A model generated the notes under the pieces. That model ran no database searches, was not told where the DNA came from, and worked only from the letters and a program-made list of their open reading frames with translations. Below, piece by piece: positions 1 to 14,908 of a stretch of 64,000 nucleotides of DNA; within the stretch, counting starts at the first letter, position 1; each line of letters starts with the position of its first letter. Made by a program: the position numbers and the translations under genes. The stretch comes from Chlorokybus atmophyticus (Eukaryota > Plantae > Mesostigma and Chlorokybus algae), in NCBI GenBank assembly GCA_009103225.1, contig RHPI01003041.1, positions 99,106 through 163,105 of the forward strand, in the 5' to 3' direction.

Positions 1-64
1 GGGGCAAGCACACGTTGTGCGATACCCACGTCTGTTTGACACCAATACAATCCTAAACACAAAC

Positions 65-216
65 CAATGACAACACCTTGTCTGATGCCATTGTTTTAAA
101 GCTGATGCATCCATGCTGCCAGTCGCGCGCAATGACAAAACAATGACAACACCCTGTCTGATGCCATTGTTCTAAAGCTGATGCATCCACGCTGCCAGTC
201 GCGCGCAATGAAGCAA
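65..216. repeat. Two-copy tandem duplication, 76-bp period
   Basis: caatgacaacacc..gtcgcgcgcaatga starts at 65 and again at 141 with only a few substitutions. Confidence 0.9.
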
Positions 217-290
217 AAGGAAGCTGCAATGTCAACAAAGAGTACCAACATCACCATCAAAGATCTTGGTACTGTTGGTTCGTACAAGTT

Positions 291-346
291 GAGAGGCGTT
301 GCCTGTCACATTGGCTTTGAAGCCAATGTGACAGGCAACGCCTCTC
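291..346. repeat. Perfect 27-bp-stem hairpin with 2-nt loop
   Basis: gagaggcgttgcctgtcacattggctt (291-317), TG loop, exact reverse complement (320-346). Confidence 0.95.
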
Positions 347-1100
347 TTGTACAATTCGCAGAACACCGTGCATTGTGGTCACTGGTGCTTGCTCTAAACG
401 CATGAGTAGTACATTCTACTGCGCACAACATATATATCAGTATAATGCAACTATCAGCCTCTCTGGGAATGCAGGCAATGTTGATGATGTCTTAACATTC
501 CAAGACAGTGCATGCATGCATTAACACCTGGTTAATGAGGGTGAGGTGCCATGCCGCCAAAGTCACCGCTGTTGTCGGCGCCATACCCGTCGTCATGCGG
601 ATAACGCCAGTCCTCCTCCTCCTCCTCCACCTCCGCCATCTGGTTAACCAACTATCATGAACCTTTGCCTCCACCTCTAACAACTGACCAGGTTTGATAG
701 CGCGCACGCACATGCATGCTTACTAACTAATTTACACAGGTGGTTGGGAGGTCCCTTTCAGCATAAGCACCCTGCTGTCACTCACGACACATCCCACTCC
801 TGTGCTGAGAGGTCTGCTGAGCTTCGAGAAAGACACCTTTGGCGCCGGCGCAAAATTACATGCTGCTGTGCGCGGGATGGTGGAAACTTGTGGAACGGGC
901 GCCACATGCTCATCTTGCCACGCCGCCGCCGCCGCCGCCCTCGCCTGCGTCGCCATAGCCCTCACCGCCAACAACAACAACAACGCCCACACTCCCGCGC
1001 ATTTCTGAACAGCTCATAATCAGTTCACTGATCCTTACCCAACGACTCATTGACTAGAGTTGGTTCAGTGATCCTGTGATCTGCTACGACTGTTACGGAA

Positions 1101-1109
1101 TTAGGGTTT
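1101..1109 (-). promoter_or_regulatory. Telo-box (AAACCCTAA) upstream of VHA-B
   Basis: ttagggttt about 70 bp upstream of the ATG; telo-boxes are known plant promoter/5'UTR elements. Function here is inferred. Confidence 0.45.
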
Positions 1110-1179
1110 CTTATTGATCCTTGCCGCTTGCCGTGGTGAGGACGAGGACGGTGACGGTGGTGGTGGCGTCGGCGAGATC

Positions 1180-3780
<2,601 letters not shown>

Positions 3781-4710
3781 ATTGTGTAGTTTAGTGGTTA
3801 TAAGGACTCACAGCTGCATGTTGACAGTGCGCTTTTGCACTGGTGCCATGTAGACATGAGAAGGCTGCTTGACTGTAGCTTACTGTGGTGGTGCAGTGCA
3901 TTTGCATCAGCGCAATCGCAGGCAGGGAAGAAGAACGACAGAAAGGAAGAAAAGGAAAGAGCAGCTGACAGCAGCTGCTCTTCCCTTTTCTGGCCATGAT
4001 GGGTGGGTTTTGTGCAAGTACATGTACAGATACCTTCAAGGCTTGGGCGCACAAGCACAAGCATAACAGCAACTATGACCACCACTAGGCATTACACTGT
4101 GTCCACCACTGTTCAACCATGCATAACTTCTTTGATCGATTGGTTAGCAATTGGCAATCGACAGCAAGAGTGGTGATACACTAGTGGTGTTGATTACATC
4201 AAATACCTGGCTGAAAGTAAGTCTACATCCCTGATTGCCACTGTCTGCCAGTGCGTGGTGTGCATGCTGAACTGTACATAGCATGCAAGGTAAGTATGCG
4301 CATGCATGCAGGTGTGTATATGTATAGGTACCGGAATTGTATGGGACCGCCTGTCGTACTATGTAAGTACCTTATAGTGACCACGGCTTGCCGGTAGTAG
4401 CACATGGTAAAATAGAGGGGCCCCCAGTAACATCCACACACATGACATTGCGCAAGTAGCAGCAACAAGCAGCAAATCCAATACAACTACCCTAATGCCA
4501 AGGGGGCTGGAACCATGTGCAAAGTAGGCAGGTTGGGACTGTGGGCGAAATCAGGAGGGGCTGTACCTGCAGAGCAGAGCAGAGCACATAAGTACACTAC
4601 ATGTATCAAAATTGTATATAGAACCGCCGGCTGTACGACACAGGTACCTTTTGGCGACCGCGGCTTGTATATCGTTGCTATAACTACCATGTGGAAGAAT
4701 TCTTAAATAT

Positions 4711-5440
4711 GTATGCACATCTATATATACTCATACAAGTGAACATACATATATATTGATATAAATATAACCATACATGTATACACATGGCTGCGTACAG
4801 ATTATGCTTATGTGTATATATATGTATGATCGTACGTATCGTACATGTGTCCTGTTATATTGTATGCTTGCATGTATGTGTGCTTACATACATGCACGTC
4901 CATCTGCGAACATTTATATACACATTTAAGTATACATACATATACACATATATATACGTGAATGTGTATGCATCTATGTATACACACACACGCGCTATGG
5001 CGGTCGAGGGTTGGGAGTGGCGGCTGGGGGAGTCAGCTGGTCGCCTTGCTTGTCCATGTGAGTCAGCACTAACACACAGGCGGGCGTGGCAGGTATTACG
5101 GCAATGCTTGCTGCTATGGGGGTTGCATGTTAGGGTGGTGAAGTTAGAACTAGTGCACATATATATATAAATTGGCCTGGCGGCGTTGAATGTAAGGTTG
5201 TGGTAAGTATGCATGCTGTGGGAACTTGCATAAGTGTATGCATGTGTGCGTCAGCGCAACATGATGCAACAGAGTGCGGATGCAATCAGATGCTAGCATG
5301 CGTAGCTGCCTACCCAGTACACATACACACGTATATATACATATATATATATGTATACATATACGTATACATACATATATATATGTATATATATATGTAT
5401 ATATAAGTGCATATATATGTATATATATACATGTATATGT
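4711..5440. repeat. Low-complexity (TA/TACA/TATG)n tracts
   Basis: Long imperfect atatac/gtatat runs at ~4711-4990 and ~5320-5440; boundaries approximate. Confidence 0.8.
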
Positions 5441-5478
5441 GGCAATAATCTCCTGCTGTCTGCACACCCTCCCCCCCC

Positions 5479-5845
5479 NNNNNNNNNNNNNNNNNNNNNN
5501 NNNNNNNNNNNNNNNNNNNNNNNNNNNNNNNNNNNNNNNNNNNNNNNNNNNNNNNNNNNNNNNNNNNNNNNNNNNNNNNNNNNNNNNNNNNNNNNNNNNN
5601 NNNNNNNNNNNNNNNNNNNNNNNNNNNNNNNNNNNNNNNNNNNNNNNNNNNNNNNNNNNNNNNNNNNNNNNNNNNNNNNNNNNNNNNNNNNNNNNNNNNN
5701 NNNNNNNNNNNNNNNNNNNNNNNNNNNNNNNNNNNNNNNNNNNNNNNNNNNNNNNNNNNNNNNNNNNNNNNNNNNNNNNNNNNNNNNNNNNNNNNNNNNN
5801 NNNNNNNNNNNNNNNNNNNNNNNNNNNNNNNNNNNNNNNNNNNNN
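5479..5845. other. Assembly gap (N run) with poly-C next to it
   Basis: 367 N; C tract on the left and another just right of the gap. Confidence 0.99.
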
Positions 5846-8300
5846 CACTAAGTCCCTTGGAGACCCCCCCCCCCCCTCGCCCCCCCCGGAAGGACAGGAC
5901 ACCTTTTTGGTAAGCATGTCACTGAAGCACTTCCATCATATACCGTATACGTACATGCAAGCTATCTAGGCGTGAATACTGGACAGAACACCCTCAAACA
6001 GTTTGTGCATATAGAACATCCAGTTAGACCACGCCAGACCAAACTCAGTCCAGCCCACACCGAAATCAGGCCTTGCCGCCACCAGACTCAAGCACAAGTT
6101 AAAGTGAACCACTGGAAACGTGTATGGGCGTCCCCTTATACCCAAATAACCGTTCTAACTACCAAGTAGTCATACAAGTCAGGTATGGACAACACAAAAC
6201 CCTAATACCGCCCTAAATGGTCGAAACTGGCAGGACTGTTGAAACTGTCAGGAAACTCGACAGGTCTGGAGTCTGCTAAGTACAAACCAATGAGTACTTA
6301 GCCAGACTAAGCTGACTGGAGTCTAGAGGCGGCAGAGCCATGTCCTATACTCCAATATATTGCTAAGTACAAAACTACTGAGTATTTAGCCAGATTAAGC
6401 TGACTGGAGTGTATAGACGACAGAACCGGGTCCTAGACTCCAACACCATCGACAATTTGAATTGCCGTCGACTGCCGTCATACATAGTCCGACTATAGTC
6501 ACATGGGCGGAATTGGGGTTTTATTCAGTACTTCGGGCCAATTTTGAGTAAATACAGCGTCGGGCCCTAAGGTTCTGAGGAAAACAACCGATTTTACAAA
6601 GAAGCTCGTATTTCATTGAGTGCACTTCGGGTCACCAATTGCAAGGGTTTTAAGGGGAAAAACAATAAGTTGCAATAATCCGGATGATGACTGCAATGCA
6701 TACTATGGTCGCCGCTTTTATAACAACGTTGTTAATTATCGGGATATCGTATGTCACATTATCATTTCAACATGATTACATCAACTTCTTATGGTAGCAA
6801 GTTGCGATCAAGATGCTTATCATTAAAATATGCGTTACAAGCATGCTTGCTAAGTAGCGCAGCCAATGCAAAAAGCAAGCCCAAAACATTTTAATTTGAG
6901 ATGTGCAAAAGCCTGCGCGGTTTTCTTCCTAAAAAAAGAGAGAATTTCTTTCTTCTTCTAACACATTGCCGATGACACTTGTGTGGTTTATGCTATCTCA
7001 AACTTTAAGTGCTTGATTAAATAAGCGTAATAATTATACAATTAATTAAAATCATGTAAAAGAATATGTAATACACTTACATTTCTACGTGTTACCAAGC
7101 TGCGCCGAACTCTTGCTAAACTTCATACATATATTTAATCAACACACATTGTTCCACAAGTATCTATGAGAATCGAGCAACCCAAAAGTAAACTTGATGC
7201 ATTTGTGCTTATAAGATGTGCAAAAGCTTACTCTATGCGCGCTTCGCGCGCATAGGGTAATTAATATGCTTTATTAATGTAAGTATTCCTGATTATTTAT
7301 CCCTGTTTTTTTACCGTAAAGGGTAATTTACCTTACCATATATTGGTTTTTGTTTTAAGAATTCTGATGTTTGATACCCATATAATTTGGTTAAACACGT
7401 GTAGTGTATTAAATTTCACAAATATTGTCATACTATCATGACAATTAGCTATGATAGGCAAGTAGGTAAACAAAATATCAATAAGCATTGAAAATAAATA
7501 TTCATACATGGCGTAATTTGTATTACGCCAAGTTGCGCTTCTCGCATACAATTGATAGGTATAAACTATACATATGATACAAATGCTTTGATGTATAAAA
7601 AAATAAATAACTTTTTTCTTCTTAATATATGTACATAAATGATAGGTTGAGATAAGTAAGACAACACCTGCAATGTATGTAAACTGAGGCAGTATTGTAG
7701 AGTAAGCCATTATTTACTTGGACGTGAGTGTTGCGTCATCATTAAGGAACAAGTAATTAGGCAAGTGTAGACTGTGGGACTCAACTAGACCAAGTTAAAG
7801 TCCTACAGTCCGGTTAAGTCTTAGACGGACCGTAGGACTGACCGTTCGCTGTACATACGATCAGCCGATGACCGGATGACCGACCTTCACTGCCGGTCGC
7901 ATCTGAATGCGACATTAACAATTGTATTCAGTCGTGTATTAGGTCGGCTAGGGCAGCTGACACCGTTGATCTTTGTATTAAATAACAAAGGTAGATATAC
8001 GAAGCCATCCTTTCGAGCCCGAAGCCGTCCGCCATCTCGTACCAACTGTATGATTGCGAATCGCGAGTCGTGCAACAAGCCAAAGTTAATGAGCGAAGCT
8101 TAAGACTTATGCCAAGAGCTTTTCATCCCTTTGCACCGCATGACTCTCCCCTATCGGATAGGGGATTGACAGCTCATACCGGCCTTTGCTCGGCGCAAAA
8201 ATAACACATAGCTTACCACTCGGCCATAACAACCTATGTGACAATAATATCCCGATTTTTTAAAATTTTATAGTTCACTATCCACTATGTGATACTTGAA
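5846..8300. mobile_element. AT-rich, hairpin-rich island; possible non-autonomous DNA transposon relic
   Basis: Visibly more AT-rich than flanking genes with no credible ORF. Imperfect inverted repeat 6738-6759 vs 8236-8256, hairpins at 7228-7260 and 7799-7839, internal 87-bp duplication. No transposase or TSD identified. Confidence 0.3.
6274..6447. repeat. Two-copy tandem duplication, 87-bp period
   Basis: tgctaagtacaaa..gagta(c/t)ttagccaga(c/t)taagctgactggagt at 6274 and 6361. Confidence 0.85.
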
Positions 8301-8557
8301 GTATATTGCCTAGCTGCGTACCGCATGCATGGCATAACAGCCTTCTTGTTATGTCAGTGTTGACACGATGCGTGCAAGTGAAGAAGCTGATGCAGTTGCC
8401 TGCCAGTATAGGCTATTTTCGTGATTTGCTATATATACAAACTGCCTGCTGCTGGCATGCTCTCTATCACTTGCCTTTACATGCTTGCAAGTACTTGGTT
8501 GTTGCCGACTGCTGTAACTTGTAGTTACAGTGTGTAGGGCCGGGGCCAGCCCGTTGC

Positions 8558-8951
8558 ATCTTGTTATGCCTTTGCTGGTGTTGTCGCTATAGCCATTGCC
8601 ATCACCGTTGTTGTCTACTCTGCTCGGTACATCATTTTGTGAATCACTCTGCTCGTTGTGCACTCGTACATACCGTTGCTTATCGTCGTTGTTGTCAGTA
8701 TTAAACTTGCCAGTGTTGCCGTATAACGGCACATGCTGACATCAAATTGGACTGAGTCTTTAAGACTTTGTCCAATTTGATGTCAGCATGTGCCGTTATA
8801 CGGCAACACTGGCAAGTTTAATACTGACAACAACGACGAAGCAACGGTATGTACGAGCAGAGTGATCCACAAAATGATGTACCGAGCAGTGTAGACAACA
8901 ACGGTGATGGCAATGGCTATACAGATAACACCAGCAAAGGCATAACAAGAT
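8558..8951. repeat. Long inverted repeat (195/182-bp arms, 17-nt loop) with a diverged third partial copy at ~8952-9035
   Basis: 8558-8752 is the near-perfect reverse complement of 8770-8951, apart from one ~13-nt indel and a few mismatches. Confidence 0.95.
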
Positions 8952-9648
8952 TAAAGACTTTTAGACTCAGTTTAATTTGATATCAGCATTTGCCGTTATA
9001 ACATCAACACTGGCAAGTTCAAGAGTGACAACAATCTAATAATAGAGTGTATCGCTCAAGCGCATTAATATGCCAACCCACTTGAAGGCTATTGATTTTC
9101 CCCACAATGCTCGGCATGTGGAGTAAAAGTGTGTTGCCATGTTTTGCACAATATATATTGATCATCAACTTCTGGCAAGTTGTTTAGAGTTAAGTCGACG
9201 ATGCTGATACTGACGCTAGCATCATTGTCAGTAGCATTAATGTATCTTGTTCTCGTCGTGATGCGTATGCTGTTGATAGCTTAAGAAACCTACGAGTGAT
9301 AAATTTGTGCATCTTTGTCTGTGTGCATGGTGGCGACAACGACGCTACTGTCATTAATGTAACTTGTTGTTGTCGCGATGCTGTCAATAGCTTCAAACAA
9401 AACTACAAGTGACAAACTTGTGCATCTTTGTCTGTGTGCGTGGTGGTACGTGCAAGCATCGTGGCAACGGAACACTCGAATATCTTGTGGTATCCCATAA
9501 TTGTGAAAGATGATCAATTTGTTTAGCCTTATGATAGAATTGAGGGGGTAACCTTACTTTTACTTAAGAAGTTCGATTAAGTGACGGGGGCTAATTAGAT
9601 CAACGCAAGATATAATAATTTCATTGCCGTTTAAGCCCTCAAATTTGC

Positions 9649-9725
9649 ACATGATTTGTGTTTTATCATGGTTAACCATGATAAAACACAAATCATGTTA
9701 ATACAAAACGTTTTGTATTAACATG
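9649..9725. repeat. Two overlapping perfect palindromes (50 bp and 32 bp)
   Basis: acatgatttgtgttttatcatggtt|aaccatgataaaacacaaatcatgt (9649-9698) and catgttaatacaaaac|gttttgtattaacatg (9694-9725). Confidence 0.95.
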
Positions 9726-10232
9726 TGGCACATTGCAATGTAACTTCATAAGGTACACGTGTATTACACGACGTTGTGCACACAGCACAATGCGAAACGC
9801 GTAAGTGCTTGAGGACTTAGCTGCACACCTACCGGTACCGGGTGACTTACCCGGTAATGCATGAAGCATGGCATTGGCTTGAGTTGAGTTGAAGTGAACT
9901 TGGCTTGTTGGCCTGTAGGCGAGCGACCGGCCGACGTCAAGCCGGTTTCAGCCGTCGATGATGGTGCACTTTTTGGCCTCTTCCCCAATCTCAACGGCTC
10001 GCGAGTCGCCCACGCTTCCTCGGCTCGCTGGGTGCGCGTGTGGTTTCCGGATATCGGCTGCTGCCACCCCATTGGCCTCTCACGCTAAGAGAGAGACTCT
10101 GCCTTTCGCTTTCGGGCAGCGGAGCCGAAAAAAGTGGTGCTAAGTGTGTACTAGGCTTGGCCAGCTGAGAAGTGGCGGCGGGGTGGTTGGCGGCGTGGTT
10201 GTGGACGGCGACGGCAGGGGTAACACGTAGCT

Positions 10233-13200
10233 ATGGCGTCAGCTGCGGCTGCTGCAGCCGGTGGGGTGGCTGTGATCCGCAGCTACGAGGGGTTGAGGGC
10301 CACTGGTACTGCTGCTGCCAGGCCGTCGACGTCCACGTCGTCGTCTTCGTCAGTGGGAGTGCCATTGCGAGCGGCTCCGCCGCAGCGTCGGAGGAGGTCG
10401 GCTGTAGTTGAGGCCAACGCCATCAACCAGTTTGGCAGGGATGGTGCCGCTGCGCCTGCTGCGCCTGCGGTCAGCCTCAAGCCGCCCACCCCGCTCCTGG
10501 ACACGGTCAACTACCCCGTGCACCTTAAGAATATGACCTCCGACCAGCTGCACCAGCTGGCCGACGAGCTCCGCCAGGACACCATCCACACCGTGTCTAA
10601 GACAGGCGGTCACTTGGGCTCATCCCTTGGCGTTATTGAGCTCACTGTTGCCCTCCACCACGTGTTTGACGCTCCCAGGGACAAGATCTTGTGGGATGTC
10701 GGCCATCAGGTGACAACTAGTTGCTGTCGTTGTTGTTTAGACCACCAGCATGCCCCCCCCCCCCCCCCNNNNNNNNNNNNNNNNNNNNNNNNNNNNNNNN
10801 NNNNNNNNNNNNNNNNNNNNNNNNNNNNNNNNNNNNNNNNNNNNNNNNNNNNNNNNNNNNNNNNNNNNNNNNNNNNNNNNNNNNNNNNNNNNNNNNNNNN
10901 NNNNNNNNNNNNNNNNNNNNNNNNNNNNNNNNNNNNNNNNNNNNNNNNNNNNNNNNNNNNNNNNNNNNNNNNNNNNNNNNNNNNNNNNNNNNNNNNNNNN
11001 NNNNNNNNNNNNNNNNNNNNNNNNNNNNNNNNNNNNNNNNNNNNNNNNNNNNNNNNNNNNNNNNNNNNNNNNNNNNNNNNNNNNNNNNNNNNNNNNNNNN
11101 NNNNNNNNNNNNNNNNNNNNNNNNNNNNNNNNCCCCCCCCCTTTCTAAGTTAAGAGCACTGAGAGCATGAGACCACGATTATGACTTCTGTCATTGCTGC
11201 CAACACTCATGCTGCGCTCTATGACATAAACAGGCCTACCCTCACAAGACCCTAACTGGTCGGCGAAGCAAGATGCACACCATCCGCCAGGACAATGGCC
11301 TTGCTCCCTTCACAAAGCGCTCAGAGAGTGAGTACGACCCATTCGGTGCTGGGCACTCGTCGACCAGCATCTCTGCAGCTCTGGGTGAGTTGAATTGGGT
11401 TGGATTACACCAGTTGTAATTGGAAGCACCACACCTTGATATCGAAAAGCACACGCACTCTGCATGTGCCACTGAGCACTGGTGTGCGTTGTTGTGATCA
11501 TGCGCAGCTGCTGGTTTGAACTTGCGCATAGTGTAGTCGGCAGTACAACACCTTGATAGCACAAAGCACAGCTCTCTGCATGTCCCGCTGATCACTGTCG
11601 TGCATTGTGGTTACATGCGCTGCTGCTGGTTCTAACTCACTGTCTTGGACAGGCATGGCGGTTGCAAGGGATTTGAAGAATGAGAACTTCCACTGTGTTG
11701 CGGTCATTGGCGATGGTGCCATGACAGCCGGGCAAGCCTATGAAGCCATGAACAACGCTGGCTTCCTCAAGTCCAACATGATTATCATTCTCAACGATAA
11801 CAAGCAAGTCTCGCTGCCTACTGCCAACCTGGATGGTCCCATCTCGCCAGTGGGTGCACTGTCAAACGCCTTGTCTAAGCTACAGGCCAACCGACCCCTC
11901 CGTGAGCTTCGGGAGATTGCCAAGGTCAGTCTCATGTGTTTGTCATGTGTTTGCCTAGCTTAGGCAGTCTGCTCAGGTCAGTTGAGTTGCAGCATGAGTG
12001 CCTTACAGTTTGTGTACCTCAGGGTGTGAGGTCTCTCTCATGTGTTTGTCCTAGCTTGACAGTCTGATCATCAGGTCAATTGCGTCGCTGCACTTGTGCC
12101 TCATAGTGCGCGTACATGCAACGCGGTGTGACAGAGTCAGTCTCATGTGTCTGTCCTAGCTAGCTTGGTCAGTCTGTCCAGGTCAATTGACTTGATGCAT
12201 CAGTTCCTCACAGTGTTTGTACTTGCCATTAGGGTGTCACTAAGTCCCTTGGAGAGCCCATCCACGACATTGCGGCCAAAGTGGACGAGTATGCCCGCGG
12301 CATGATCAGCGGGTCTGGTTCAACATTTTTTGAGGAGCTGGGCATGTACTACATTGGTATAGTCGACGGCCACAACCTTGACGACATGGTCACCATCATG
12401 AAGGAGGTCAAGAGCACACGGACAAGGGGTCCTGTGCTAATCCACATAGTGACAGAGAAGGGCAAGGGTTACTCGTACGCAGAGAAAGCAAGTGACAGAT
12501 ACCATGGTATGCAACCGATCATGCTATTGTCTTCATATTATTGTTTGCACACCACTTGCAAGGTGCAGGTTAAAGCAAGTGGTTCTGGCGTGCAGGTGTG
12601 ACCAAGTTTGATGTGGCTACTGGCAAGCAGCAGAAGTCGAAAGGTGGCCCCTCAACATGGACGCAGTACTATGCTGACACGCTGGTAGCTGAGGCCAAGG
12701 AGGATGACCGGATTGTGGCCATTCATGCAGCTATGGGTGGTGGCACAGGGCTCAATCACTTCGCCAAGCACTTCCCTAACCGCTGCTTCGATGTTGGCAT
12801 TGCTGAACAGCATGCGGTTACTTTTGCTGCGGGTTTGGCTTGCGAAGGACTCGTACCCTTCTGCACAATCTACTCCAGTTTCCTGCAGCGCGGCTATGAT
12901 CAGGTACACTTTCCATCAATTGTCTGCGCCCGATTTTGTTGTCTTTGTCAGCTAGTGCTTACCCAGGAATTGGTTTGCAGGTTGCGCATGATGTGTCTCT
13001 CCAAAACCTTCCCGTGCGCTTTGCTATGGATCGTGCGGGTCTTGTGGGTGCTGATGGGCCCACGCACTGCGGCGCCTTTGATATCACCTACCTGGCCACG
13101 CTGCCCAACTTTGTTGTGATGGCGCCGGCTGATGAAGCAGAGCTCATGCACATGGTCGCCACCTGCGCAGCCATTGACGACAGACCCAGCTCGGTGCGCT

Positions 13201-13785
13201 ACCCTCGCGGTAACGGCCTCGGCGTGCCTCTCCCACCCGGCAACAAGGGAGTGCCTATTGAGATAGGTCGAGGGCGCATCATCCGCGGCGGGAAGGATGT
13301 TGCCTTGCTCGGGTTTGGCACAGCTCTGCAGTCTTGCATGCAAGCTGCCAACTTCCTGGAAGAAAGGGGTGTCAGCGCAACTGTTGCGGACGCTCGCTTC
13401 TGCAAGCCTCTGGATGCGGACATGATCAGGCGCTTGGCCAAGGAGCATCCCGTTATGATTATTGTTGAAGAGGGCGCCATTGGTGGATTTGGCTCCCATG
13501 TGTTGCAATTCTTGGCTCTTGAAGGCCTGTTGGACGGCAAGCTCAAGGTATGCACATGAAATACAGAGTGTCCTTTGTTATATAGCTGGGGTGCGCATGT
13601 GCTTGATAACTCGTTGACTGCAGGTGAGGCCCATGTGCTTGCCGGATCGCTACATCGAGCATGGTAGCCCCAAGCTGCAGCTGGAAGAGGCAGGCCTCAC
13701 CGGCATGCACGTGGCGGCCACAGCACTCTCAGTTTTGGGACTTGGGCGTGAGGCGCTTGAGGTCCGGTCATCAGTCCTCAGCTAG
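10233..13785 (+). CDS. DXS: 1-deoxy-D-xylulose-5-phosphate synthase, plastid-targeted, ~736 aa, 7 exons
   Basis: Exons 10233-10709, 11234-11384, 11653-11924, 12233-12506, 12596-12903, 12981-13547, 13624-13785. Motifs [20 protein letters not shown]|[49 protein letters not shown]; Ala/Ser/Arg-rich transit peptide. Confidence 0.97.
10769..11132. other. Assembly gap inside DXS intron 1
   Basis: 364 N flanked by poly-C. Exon 1 (..GHQ) and exon 2 (AYPHK..) are contiguous in DXS, so no coding sequence is hidden. Confidence 0.99.
11431..11652. repeat. Tandem duplication (~117-bp period) of the 3' part of DXS intron 2
   Basis: acaccttgat at 11431 and 11548; the first unit ends in a cryptic cag (11543), the second at the real acceptor. 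Confidence 0.8.
11925..12232. repeat. DXS intron 3 built from three tandem ~100-bp copies of an ancestral intron
   Basis: Units start gtcagtctcatgtg (11925), gtctctctcatgtg (12031), gtcagtctcatgtg (12136); each ends with ggtgt-like exon-4 start sequence. Confidence 0.85.
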
Positions 13786-14908
13786 GTTTGCTGAGTAGCA
13801 GCAGCTCAGTTCAGTGGGGACGCTGCACTATGCCATAGATCTGCGGCAGTTGTATAGTCAAGGAGATTTTGTATATATAGTCTATTGTGATCTTTTTGAA
13901 TTCACATGCTGTTGCGCAGTTCGCGTGTCCTCCGCCTCAAGCGCTCTAGTTGTACAATTGCGAGTTGAAGGGTTGGTAGATGTGTCTGTGACATGCTTAA
14001 GTCTCTGCACAGTTGCTTTGTGGTATTCATCCTCATACCACGTGCATGTAGTGACACAGTACATGTTTGCCAATTCCTCAGCGGCAGATGGAAATTGATT
14101 AGCAGCCATGTAAATATGAATATGTCGTTTGCTTTTGCACCTTGTGTACAAGCTTTTCCACGCACATACATTGCAGGAAGGTGCCACAACCGAAGTTGAA
14201 GTCTGCTCACTTAGCCAGTTCTGCAACTTGCATGCAGAGTGTGCACTAACTGTACGCTACTGGTTGCGACATAAGTGCACAAAGTCCCTTGCTCAAGTCA
14301 GATTATCAAACTGCGCGCAACTGTACACCTCTAACTATGTCTATGTTCCAGCGCTAGCGTACAACCTCAACATGCTGTTCGCTTTGTGATAAGCGCAATC
14401 AGAGTTACAAACATATTCACAGTGCCAGGAGTGGAGTGGTCACGCTGCAAAGTAGCCTGCCCACAACACTGACTCATTTGTCTTGATGGAAGCACCCATT
14501 GCAGGTATCCGATGTACTAAACATAGTACTGCAGGCCAGAACTATGTTTATGTTGGGCTCTGCACGTGCACGTGTATACGTGCGCACACGCACACTCTCT
14601 TATCATTAAGACAGCGATCGTGTGTGCATGCTAAGTATTACACACCGTGCCTACTGCACACGCACACCTGTGCGGTGCAGACTTGTTGAATGCAACAAAG
14701 ACAAGAGCCTGCACACATAGTCTTGGAGACTTATGTACACCAAGACATTGAATTGAACATCTACAAATGAGTCAAGTGACTCTTACAACTTGCTTCCACT
14801 CCACAGTTACAGTAATGACAACTGCAAATCCGCTAACACAAAGTCGCTGCACTACTCGCAACTCTACACGCAACACAACAACCTGTAACACCCTACCACT
14901 AATGTAAC

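Noticed and set aside
480-960. Possible minus-strand gene starting MATQARAAAAAAW, divergent from VHA-B
   Set aside because: Splice sites are plausible, but every join I tried gives an early stop or an unrecognisable product.
5846-5863. 18-nt exact match to DXS exon 4 (12238-12255) at the gap edge
   Set aside because: It sits exactly at a gap boundary next to poly-C; assembly artefact or chance is more likely than biology.
5150-5969. ORFs spanning N runs (also 10233-11170)
   Set aside because: Open only because of the N gaps.
12350-12375. YIGIVDGH in place of the usual YIGPVDGH in DXS
   Set aside because: A single substitution with all cofactor motifs intact; no grounds for a functional claim.
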